Below are positions 10,041 through 20,000 of a stretch of DNA of 64,000 nucleotides, one piece after another. The notes beneath the pieces were generated by a model. That model did no database searches, had not been told where the DNA came from, and saw only the letters and a list, made by a program, of their open reading frames with translations. How positions within the stretch are numbered: the stretch's first letter is position 1; the number at the start of each line of letters is the position of its first letter. The stretch lies in assembly GCA_000004985.1 (NCBI GenBank), contig GG738866.1, one strand, 5' to 3'. A program made the position numbers and the translations under genes. The stretch is from Naegleria gruberi (taxonomy: Eukaryota).

Positions 10041-10249
10041 GGAGAAAGGGTGGCTCCAAAACTGACGGATAGTGCAATGTCTGCTTGAAACCTACCAAAG
10101 GGTGCTCTCAACTTGTTTCCAAGGAGGCACACCTCTGGACCCGACAAAAAATTGAGTTAATAGTAAACGCGCCCCGTAGGACGCTTTCAGCTATTAAACT
10201 GAAAAGAACAGATACTACACTCGATCAAAGCCAAAAGGCCGAGAAAGAT
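10041..10249 (-). ncRNA. U2: U2 spliceosomal snRNA
   Basis: The minus-strand sequence is ATCTTTCTCGGCCTTTTGGCTTTGATCGAGTGTAGTATCTGTTCTTTTCAGTTTAATAGCTGA…AATTTTTTGTCGGG…. This matches the canonical U2 5' end (AUCGCUUCUCGGCCUUUUGGCUAAGAUCAAGUGUAGUAUCUGUUCUUAUCAGUUUAAUAUCUGA), including the branch-point-binding GUGUAGUA and an Sm site AAUUUUUUG. The 3' end is approximate. Confidence 0.85.
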
Positions 10250-10379
10250 GTTTTGTAGAAAAGGCTTACCAGTAGTGTATAAATGCCATTTCAAAGTGGC
10301 TTTGTTGGTGGAGAAAATTTGTGGGATTTGAATATTTTTAAACAAGTTTGAAAATAAAATTGTGAGGAATGAAAAAGCC
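10250..10379. promoter_or_regulatory. shared divergent snRNA promoter region between U2 (minus) and the U3-like gene (plus)
   Basis: The region is only about 130 bp. A TATA-like TATTTTTAAA sits about 35-45 bp upstream of the plus gene and TTTATACACTACT about 30 bp upstream of U2. A central GTGGCTTTGTTGGTGGAGAAAATTTGTGGG element could be a shared USE/PSE. Confidence 0.35.
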
Positions 10380-10589
10380 ATCACATACCTTTCATTGATC
10401 CATATGTTCAGTTACAAAGCTTTTAGTTCTTTATTGGCTTCGTCTTTCATGATCACTGGAGCGGAAAGAAGAAAAGCGTTTCGTTTGAACATGTGCTTCG
10501 CTTCACATAGAACAAAGCAAACTTGGTACTACCTAGGTATTGTTCTTGTGATGTCATATTGATGACATCGATTGATGGTGCGAAGATCG
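10380..10589 (+). ncRNA. candidate U3-like box C/D snoRNA (Pol III-type, T-run terminated)
   Basis: The 5' ATCACATACCTTTCATTGATCCATATGTTCAG resembles U3 box A'/A (…ACUAUACUUUCAGGGAUCAUUUCUAUAG). TCATGATCActgGAGCGGAAAGAAG resembles box C'/box B (GAGCGUGAAG). CATATTGATGACATCG resembles box C (CAUUGAUGAUCG). The 3' GTCGGCTG before T10 is an imperfect box D. Boundaries are approximate. Confidence 0.4.
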
Positions 10590-10599
10590 TTGTCGGCTG
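10590..10599 (+). terminator. Pol III-type oligo-T terminator (T10) ending the U3-like transcript
   Basis: GGCTGTTTTTTTTTTA lies immediately after the box-D-like element. Confidence 0.45.
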
Positions 10600-10705
10600 T
10601 TTTTTTTTTATTATTTAAAATAATTTGTTAACGGTAATATTTTTAAAATTACCAAACTTAACACTAGAGGGTATATTAAACCTTTTATTTTACAATTAAT
10701 GTGCT

Positions 10706-10776
10706 CGTCTCGTGGTGTAATGGTAGCATAGTGGACTTTGAATCCATTGACGGAGGTTCGATTCCTCCCGAGACGG
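10706..10776 (+). tRNA. tRNA-Gln(UUG): tRNA-Gln (anticodon UUG), cytoplasmic type, 71 nt, no intron, CCA not encoded
   Basis: Acceptor CGTCTCG pairs with CGAGACG as a perfect 7-bp stem, with discriminator G. D arm GTGT/AATGGTA/GCAT carries an A-box TGGTGTAATGG. Anticodon stem GTGGA/TCCAT; loop CTTTGAA gives anticodon TTG. T arm GGAGG-TTCGATT-CCTCC carries a B-box GGTTCGATTCC. It closely resembles eukaryotic tRNA-Gln (GGTGTAATGGT.AGCA…GGACTTTGAATCC). Confidence 0.9.
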
Positions 10777-10797
10777 TAAACGTGGCGAGCCATGAAA

Positions 10798-10802
10798 TTT
10801 TT
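10798..10802 (+). terminator. Pol III terminator (T5) 22 nt downstream of tRNA-Gln
   Basis: GAAATTTTTATTTT follows the tRNA 3' end. Confidence 0.5.
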
Positions 10803-11058
10803 ATTTTCAAATTGTTCAAATTGATGCATCACTTGTATGTTAATTTTGATGATACTCCAGTTCACTCCATCAATTCCACACAAAATTTCTCCATTAAGCT
10901 GAAATACCGTACTCAACGGTCCAAAATGAACACTTTTACAAAAACTGAAACAGCCCATTCAATGATTCACTTTGCACAATTTGCTATCCACGCAAACGCT
11001 CCCAACACCAAGATTTCAAAGATTTCGCAGCAAACCAAAATCCAAATAAAAAAAATAA

Positions 11059-14000
11059 NNNNNNNNNNNNNNNNNNNNNNNNNNNNNNNNNNNNNNNNNN
11101 NNNNNNNNNNNNNNNNNNNNNNNNNNNNNNNNNNNNNNNNNNNNNNNNNNNNNNNNNNNNNNNNNNNNNNNNNNNNNNNNNNNNNNNNNNNNNNNNNNNN
11201 NNNNNNNNNNNNNNNNNNNNNNNNNNNNNNNNNNNNNNNNNNNNNNNNNNNNNNNNNNNNNNNNNNNNNNNNNNNNNNNNNNNNNNNNNNNNNNNNNNNN
11301 NNNNNNNNNNNNNNNNNNNNNNNNNNNNNNNNNNNNNNNNNNNNNNNNNNNNNNNNNNNNNNNNNNNNNNNNNNNNNNNNNNNNNNNNNNNNNNNNNNNN
11401 NNNNNNNNNNNNNNNNNNNNNNNNNNNNNNNNNNNNNNNNNNNNNNNNNNNNNNNNNNNNNNNNNNNNNNNNNNNNNNNNNNNNNNNNNNNNNNNNNNNN
11501 NNNNNNNNNNNNNNNNNNNNNNNNNNNNNNNNNNNNNNNNNNNNNNNNNNNNNNNNNNNNNNNNNNNNNNNNNNNNNNNNNNNNNNNNNNNNNNNNNNNN
11601 NNNNNNNNNNNNNNNNNNNNNNNNNNNNNNNNNNNNNNNNNNNNNNNNNNNNNNNNNNNNNNNNNNNNNNNNNNNNNNNNNNNNNNNNNNNNNNNNNNNN
11701 NNNNNNNNNNNNNNNNNNNNNNNNNNNNNNNNNNNNNNNNNNNNNNNNNNNNNNNNNNNNNNNNNNNNNNNNNNNNNNNNNNNNNNNNNNNNNNNNNNNN
11801 NNNNNNNNNNNNNNNNNNNNNNNNNNNNNNNNNNNNNNNNNNNNNNNNNNNNNNNNNNNNNNNNNNNNNNNNNNNNNNNNNNNNNNNNNNNNNNNNNNNN
11901 NNNNNNNNNNNNNNNNNNNNNNNNNNNNNNNNNNNNNNNNNNNNNNNNNNNNNNNNNNNNNNNNNNNNNNNNNNNNNNNNNNNNNNNNNNNNNNNNNNNN
12001 NNNNNNNNNNNNNNNNNNNNNNNNNNNNNNNNNNNNNNNNNNNNNNNNNNNNNNNNNNNNNNNNNNNNNNNNNNNNNNNNNNNNNNNNNNNNNNNNNNNN
12101 NNNNNNNNNNNNNNNNNNNNNNNNNNNNNNNNNNNNNNNNNNNNNNNNNNNNNNNNNNNNNNNNNNNNNNNNNNNNNNNNNNNNNNNNNNNNNNNNNNNN
12201 NNNNNNNNNNNNNNNNNNNNNNNNNNNNNNNNNNNNNNNNNNNNNNNNNNNNNNNNNNNNNNNNNNNNNNNNNNNNNNNNNNNNNNNNNNNNNNNNNNNN
12301 NNNNNNNNNNNNNNNNNNNNNNNNNNNNNNNNNNNNNNNNNNNNNNNNNNNNNNNNNNNNNNNNNNNNNNNNNNNNNNNNNNNNNNNNNNNNNNNNNNNN
12401 NNNNNNNNNNNNNNNNNNNNNNNNNNNNNNNNNNNNNNNNNNNNNNNNNNNNNNNNNNNNNNNNNNNNNNNNNNNNNNNNNNNNNNNNNNNNNNNNNNNN
12501 NNNNNNNNNNNNNNNNNNNNNNNNNNNNNNNNNNNNNNNNNNNNNNNNNNNNNNNNNNNNNNNNNNNNNNNNNNNNNNNNNNNNNNNNNNNNNNNNNNNN
12601 NNNNNNNNNNNNNNNNNNNNNNNNNNNNNNNNNNNNNNNNNNNNNNNNNNNNNNNNNNNNNNNNNNNNNNNNNNNNNNNNNNNNNNNNNNNNNNNNNNNN
12701 NNNNNNNNNNNNNNNNNNNNNNNNNNNNNNNNNNNNNNNNNNNNNNNNNNNNNNNNNNNNNNNNNNNNNNNNNNNNNNNNNNNNNNNNNNNNNNNNNNNN
12801 NNNNNNNNNNNNNNNNNNNNNNNNNNNNNNNNNNNNNNNNNNNNNNNNNNNNNNNNNNNNNNNNNNNNNNNNNNNNNNNNNNNNNNNNNNNNNNNNNNNN
12901 NNNNNNNNNNNNNNNNNNNNNNNNNNNNNNNNNNNNNNNNNNNNNNNNNNNNNNNNNNNNNNNNNNNNNNNNNNNNNNNNNNNNNNNNNNNNNNNNNNNN
13001 NNNNNNNNNNNNNNNNNNNNNNNNNNNNNNNNNNNNNNNNNNNNNNNNNNNNNNNNNNNNNNNNNNNNNNNNNNNNNNNNNNNNNNNNNNNNNNNNNNNN
13101 NNNNNNNNNNNNNNNNNNNNNNNNNNNNNNNNNNNNNNNNNNNNNNNNNNNNNNNNNNNNNNNNNNNNNNNNNNNNNNNNNNNNNNNNNNNNNNNNNNNN
13201 NNNNNNNNNNNNNNNNNNNNNNNNNNNNNNNNNNNNNNNNNNNNNNNNNNNNNNNNNNNNNNNNNNNNNNNNNNNNNNNNNNNNNNNNNNNNNNNNNNNN
13301 NNNNNNNNNNNNNNNNNNNNNNNNNNNNNNNNNNNNNNNNNNNNNNNNNNNNNNNNNNNNNNNNNNNNNNNNNNNNNNNNNNNNNNNNNNNNNNNNNNNN
13401 NNNNNNNNNNNNNNNNNNNNNNNNNNNNNNNNNNNNNNNNNNNNNNNNNNNNNNNNNNNNNNNNNNNNNNNNNNNNNNNNNNNNNNNNNNNNNNNNNNNN
13501 NNNNNNNNNNNNNNNNNNNNNNNNNNNNNNNNNNNNNNNNNNNNNNNNNNNNNNNNNNNNNNNNNNNNNNNNNNNNNNNNNNNNNNNNNNNNNNNNNNNN
13601 NNNNNNNNNNNNNNNNNNNNNNNNNNNNNNNNNNNNNNNNNNNNNNNNNNNNNNNNNNNNNNNNNNNNNNNNNNNNNNNNNNNNNNNNNNNNNNNNNNNN
13701 NNNNNNNNNNNNNNNNNNNNNNNNNNNNNNNNNNNNNNNNNNNNNNNNNNNNNNNNNNNNNNNNNNNNNNNNNNNNNNNNNNNNNNNNNNNNNNNNNNNN
13801 NNNNNNNNNNNNNNNNNNNNNNNNNNNNNNNNNNNNNNNNNNNNNNNNNNNNNNNNNNNNNNNNNNNNNNNNNNNNNNNNNNNNNNNNNNNNNNNNNNNN
13901 NNNNNNNNNNNNNNNNNNNNNNNNNNNNNNNNNNNNNNNNNNNNNNNNNNNNNNNNNNNNNNNNNNNNNNNNNNNNNNNNNNNNNNNNNNNNNNNNNNNN

Positions 14001-17000
14001 NNNNNNNNNNNNNNNNNNNNNNNNNNNNNNNNNNNNNNNNNNNNNNNNNNNNNNNNNNNNNNNNNNNNNNNNNNNNNNNNNNNNNNNNNNNNNNNNNNNN
14101 NNNNNNNNNNNNNNNNNNNNNNNNNNNNNNNNNNNNNNNNNNNNNNNNNNNNNNNNNNNNNNNNNNNNNNNNNNNNNNNNNNNNNNNNNNNNNNNNNNNN
14201 NNNNNNNNNNNNNNNNNNNNNNNNNNNNNNNNNNNNNNNNNNNNNNNNNNNNNNNNNNNNNNNNNNNNNNNNNNNNNNNNNNNNNNNNNNNNNNNNNNNN
14301 NNNNNNNNNNNNNNNNNNNNNNNNNNNNNNNNNNNNNNNNNNNNNNNNNNNNNNNNNNNNNNNNNNNNNNNNNNNNNNNNNNNNNNNNNNNNNNNNNNNN
14401 NNNNNNNNNNNNNNNNNNNNNNNNNNNNNNNNNNNNNNNNNNNNNNNNNNNNNNNNNNNNNNNNNNNNNNNNNNNNNNNNNNNNNNNNNNNNNNNNNNNN
14501 NNNNNNNNNNNNNNNNNNNNNNNNNNNNNNNNNNNNNNNNNNNNNNNNNNNNNNNNNNNNNNNNNNNNNNNNNNNNNNNNNNNNNNNNNNNNNNNNNNNN
14601 NNNNNNNNNNNNNNNNNNNNNNNNNNNNNNNNNNNNNNNNNNNNNNNNNNNNNNNNNNNNNNNNNNNNNNNNNNNNNNNNNNNNNNNNNNNNNNNNNNNN
14701 NNNNNNNNNNNNNNNNNNNNNNNNNNNNNNNNNNNNNNNNNNNNNNNNNNNNNNNNNNNNNNNNNNNNNNNNNNNNNNNNNNNNNNNNNNNNNNNNNNNN
14801 NNNNNNNNNNNNNNNNNNNNNNNNNNNNNNNNNNNNNNNNNNNNNNNNNNNNNNNNNNNNNNNNNNNNNNNNNNNNNNNNNNNNNNNNNNNNNNNNNNNN
14901 NNNNNNNNNNNNNNNNNNNNNNNNNNNNNNNNNNNNNNNNNNNNNNNNNNNNNNNNNNNNNNNNNNNNNNNNNNNNNNNNNNNNNNNNNNNNNNNNNNNN
15001 NNNNNNNNNNNNNNNNNNNNNNNNNNNNNNNNNNNNNNNNNNNNNNNNNNNNNNNNNNNNNNNNNNNNNNNNNNNNNNNNNNNNNNNNNNNNNNNNNNNN
15101 NNNNNNNNNNNNNNNNNNNNNNNNNNNNNNNNNNNNNNNNNNNNNNNNNNNNNNNNNNNNNNNNNNNNNNNNNNNNNNNNNNNNNNNNNNNNNNNNNNNN
15201 NNNNNNNNNNNNNNNNNNNNNNNNNNNNNNNNNNNNNNNNNNNNNNNNNNNNNNNNNNNNNNNNNNNNNNNNNNNNNNNNNNNNNNNNNNNNNNNNNNNN
15301 NNNNNNNNNNNNNNNNNNNNNNNNNNNNNNNNNNNNNNNNNNNNNNNNNNNNNNNNNNNNNNNNNNNNNNNNNNNNNNNNNNNNNNNNNNNNNNNNNNNN
15401 NNNNNNNNNNNNNNNNNNNNNNNNNNNNNNNNNNNNNNNNNNNNNNNNNNNNNNNNNNNNNNNNNNNNNNNNNNNNNNNNNNNNNNNNNNNNNNNNNNNN
15501 NNNNNNNNNNNNNNNNNNNNNNNNNNNNNNNNNNNNNNNNNNNNNNNNNNNNNNNNNNNNNNNNNNNNNNNNNNNNNNNNNNNNNNNNNNNNNNNNNNNN
15601 NNNNNNNNNNNNNNNNNNNNNNNNNNNNNNNNNNNNNNNNNNNNNNNNNNNNNNNNNNNNNNNNNNNNNNNNNNNNNNNNNNNNNNNNNNNNNNNNNNNN
15701 NNNNNNNNNNNNNNNNNNNNNNNNNNNNNNNNNNNNNNNNNNNNNNNNNNNNNNNNNNNNNNNNNNNNNNNNNNNNNNNNNNNNNNNNNNNNNNNNNNNN
15801 NNNNNNNNNNNNNNNNNNNNNNNNNNNNNNNNNNNNNNNNNNNNNNNNNNNNNNNNNNNNNNNNNNNNNNNNNNNNNNNNNNNNNNNNNNNNNNNNNNNN
15901 NNNNNNNNNNNNNNNNNNNNNNNNNNNNNNNNNNNNNNNNNNNNNNNNNNNNNNNNNNNNNNNNNNNNNNNNNNNNNNNNNNNNNNNNNNNNNNNNNNNN
16001 NNNNNNNNNNNNNNNNNNNNNNNNNNNNNNNNNNNNNNNNNNNNNNNNNNNNNNNNNNNNNNNNNNNNNNNNNNNNNNNNNNNNNNNNNNNNNNNNNNNN
16101 NNNNNNNNNNNNNNNNNNNNNNNNNNNNNNNNNNNNNNNNNNNNNNNNNNNNNNNNNNNNNNNNNNNNNNNNNNNNNNNNNNNNNNNNNNNNNNNNNNNN
16201 NNNNNNNNNNNNNNNNNNNNNNNNNNNNNNNNNNNNNNNNNNNNNNNNNNNNNNNNNNNNNNNNNNNNNNNNNNNNNNNNNNNNNNNNNNNNNNNNNNNN
16301 NNNNNNNNNNNNNNNNNNNNNNNNNNNNNNNNNNNNNNNNNNNNNNNNNNNNNNNNNNNNNNNNNNNNNNNNNNNNNNNNNNNNNNNNNNNNNNNNNNNN
16401 NNNNNNNNNNNNNNNNNNNNNNNNNNNNNNNNNNNNNNNNNNNNNNNNNNNNNNNNNNNNNNNNNNNNNNNNNNNNNNNNNNNNNNNNNNNNNNNNNNNN
16501 NNNNNNNNNNNNNNNNNNNNNNNNNNNNNNNNNNNNNNNNNNNNNNNNNNNNNNNNNNNNNNNNNNNNNNNNNNNNNNNNNNNNNNNNNNNNNNNNNNNN
16601 NNNNNNNNNNNNNNNNNNNNNNNNNNNNNNNNNNNNNNNNNNNNNNNNNNNNNNNNNNNNNNNNNNNNNNNNNNNNNNNNNNNNNNNNNNNNNNNNNNNN
16701 NNNNNNNNNNNNNNNNNNNNNNNNNNNNNNNNNNNNNNNNNNNNNNNNNNNNNNNNNNNNNNNNNNNNNNNNNNNNNNNNNNNNNNNNNNNNNNNNNNNN
16801 NNNNNNNNNNNNNNNNNNNNNNNNNNNNNNNNNNNNNNNNNNNNNNNNNNNNNNNNNNNNNNNNNNNNNNNNNNNNNNNNNNNNNNNNNNNNNNNNNNNN
16901 NNNNNNNNNNNNNNNNNNNNNNNNNNNNNNNNNNNNNNNNNNNNNNNNNNNNNNNNNNNNNNNNNNNNNNNNNNNNNNNNNNNNNNNNNNNNNNNNNNNN

Positions 17001-20000
17001 NNNNNNNNNNNNNNNNNNNNNNNNNNNNNNNNNNNNNNNNNNNNNNNNNNNNNNNNNNNNNNNNNNNNNNNNNNNNNNNNNNNNNNNNNNNNNNNNNNNN
17101 NNNNNNNNNNNNNNNNNNNNNNNNNNNNNNNNNNNNNNNNNNNNNNNNNNNNNNNNNNNNNNNNNNNNNNNNNNNNNNNNNNNNNNNNNNNNNNNNNNNN
17201 NNNNNNNNNNNNNNNNNNNNNNNNNNNNNNNNNNNNNNNNNNNNNNNNNNNNNNNNNNNNNNNNNNNNNNNNNNNNNNNNNNNNNNNNNNNNNNNNNNNN
17301 NNNNNNNNNNNNNNNNNNNNNNNNNNNNNNNNNNNNNNNNNNNNNNNNNNNNNNNNNNNNNNNNNNNNNNNNNNNNNNNNNNNNNNNNNNNNNNNNNNNN
17401 NNNNNNNNNNNNNNNNNNNNNNNNNNNNNNNNNNNNNNNNNNNNNNNNNNNNNNNNNNNNNNNNNNNNNNNNNNNNNNNNNNNNNNNNNNNNNNNNNNNN
17501 NNNNNNNNNNNNNNNNNNNNNNNNNNNNNNNNNNNNNNNNNNNNNNNNNNNNNNNNNNNNNNNNNNNNNNNNNNNNNNNNNNNNNNNNNNNNNNNNNNNN
17601 NNNNNNNNNNNNNNNNNNNNNNNNNNNNNNNNNNNNNNNNNNNNNNNNNNNNNNNNNNNNNNNNNNNNNNNNNNNNNNNNNNNNNNNNNNNNNNNNNNNN
17701 NNNNNNNNNNNNNNNNNNNNNNNNNNNNNNNNNNNNNNNNNNNNNNNNNNNNNNNNNNNNNNNNNNNNNNNNNNNNNNNNNNNNNNNNNNNNNNNNNNNN
17801 NNNNNNNNNNNNNNNNNNNNNNNNNNNNNNNNNNNNNNNNNNNNNNNNNNNNNNNNNNNNNNNNNNNNNNNNNNNNNNNNNNNNNNNNNNNNNNNNNNNN
17901 NNNNNNNNNNNNNNNNNNNNNNNNNNNNNNNNNNNNNNNNNNNNNNNNNNNNNNNNNNNNNNNNNNNNNNNNNNNNNNNNNNNNNNNNNNNNNNNNNNNN
18001 NNNNNNNNNNNNNNNNNNNNNNNNNNNNNNNNNNNNNNNNNNNNNNNNNNNNNNNNNNNNNNNNNNNNNNNNNNNNNNNNNNNNNNNNNNNNNNNNNNNN
18101 NNNNNNNNNNNNNNNNNNNNNNNNNNNNNNNNNNNNNNNNNNNNNNNNNNNNNNNNNNNNNNNNNNNNNNNNNNNNNNNNNNNNNNNNNNNNNNNNNNNN
18201 NNNNNNNNNNNNNNNNNNNNNNNNNNNNNNNNNNNNNNNNNNNNNNNNNNNNNNNNNNNNNNNNNNNNNNNNNNNNNNNNNNNNNNNNNNNNNNNNNNNN
18301 NNNNNNNNNNNNNNNNNNNNNNNNNNNNNNNNNNNNNNNNNNNNNNNNNNNNNNNNNNNNNNNNNNNNNNNNNNNNNNNNNNNNNNNNNNNNNNNNNNNN
18401 NNNNNNNNNNNNNNNNNNNNNNNNNNNNNNNNNNNNNNNNNNNNNNNNNNNNNNNNNNNNNNNNNNNNNNNNNNNNNNNNNNNNNNNNNNNNNNNNNNNN
18501 NNNNNNNNNNNNNNNNNNNNNNNNNNNNNNNNNNNNNNNNNNNNNNNNNNNNNNNNNNNNNNNNNNNNNNNNNNNNNNNNNNNNNNNNNNNNNNNNNNNN
18601 NNNNNNNNNNNNNNNNNNNNNNNNNNNNNNNNNNNNNNNNNNNNNNNNNNNNNNNNNNNNNNNNNNNNNNNNNNNNNNNNNNNNNNNNNNNNNNNNNNNN
18701 NNNNNNNNNNNNNNNNNNNNNNNNNNNNNNNNNNNNNNNNNNNNNNNNNNNNNNNNNNNNNNNNNNNNNNNNNNNNNNNNNNNNNNNNNNNNNNNNNNNN
18801 NNNNNNNNNNNNNNNNNNNNNNNNNNNNNNNNNNNNNNNNNNNNNNNNNNNNNNNNNNNNNNNNNNNNNNNNNNNNNNNNNNNNNNNNNNNNNNNNNNNN
18901 NNNNNNNNNNNNNNNNNNNNNNNNNNNNNNNNNNNNNNNNNNNNNNNNNNNNNNNNNNNNNNNNNNNNNNNNNNNNNNNNNNNNNNNNNNNNNNNNNNNN
19001 NNNNNNNNNNNNNNNNNNNNNNNNNNNNNNNNNNNNNNNNNNNNNNNNNNNNNNNNNNNNNNNNNNNNNNNNNNNNNNNNNNNNNNNNNNNNNNNNNNNN
19101 NNNNNNNNNNNNNNNNNNNNNNNNNNNNNNNNNNNNNNNNNNNNNNNNNNNNNNNNNNNNNNNNNNNNNNNNNNNNNNNNNNNNNNNNNNNNNNNNNNNN
19201 NNNNNNNNNNNNNNNNNNNNNNNNNNNNNNNNNNNNNNNNNNNNNNNNNNNNNNNNNNNNNNNNNNNNNNNNNNNNNNNNNNNNNNNNNNNNNNNNNNNN
19301 NNNNNNNNNNNNNNNNNNNNNNNNNNNNNNNNNNNNNNNNNNNNNNNNNNNNNNNNNNNNNNNNNNNNNNNNNNNNNNNNNNNNNNNNNNNNNNNNNNNN
19401 NNNNNNNNNNNNNNNNNNNNNNNNNNNNNNNNNNNNNNNNNNNNNNNNNNNNNNNNNNNNNNNNNNNNNNNNNNNNNNNNNNNNNNNNNNNNNNNNNNNN
19501 NNNNNNNNNNNNNNNNNNNNNNNNNNNNNNNNNNNNNNNNNNNNNNNNNNNNNNNNNNNNNNNNNNNNNNNNNNNNNNNNNNNNNNNNNNNNNNNNNNNN
19601 NNNNNNNNNNNNNNNNNNNNNNNNNNNNNNNNNNNNNNNNNNNNNNNNNNNNNNNNNNNNNNNNNNNNNNNNNNNNNNNNNNNNNNNNNNNNNNNNNNNN
19701 NNNNNNNNNNNNNNNNNNNNNNNNNNNNNNNNNNNNNNNNNNNNNNNNNNNNNNNNNNNNNNNNNNNNNNNNNNNNNNNNNNNNNNNNNNNNNNNNNNNN
19801 NNNNNNNNNNNNNNNNNNNNNNNNNNNNNNNNNNNNNNNNNNNNNNNNNNNNNNNNNNNNNNNNNNNNNNNNNNNNNNNNNNNNNNNNNNNNNNNNNNNN
19901 NNNNNNNNNNNNNNNNNNNNNNNNNNNNNNNNNNNNNNNNNNNNNNNNNNNNNNNNNNNNNNNNNNNNNNNNNNNNNNNNNNNNNNNNNNNNNNNNNNNN

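Noticed and set aside
10362-10562. 66-aa plus-strand ORF
   Set aside because: It lies entirely inside the U3-like snoRNA candidate, is bounded by snRNA promoter and T-run terminator signals, and has no coding-like periodicity.
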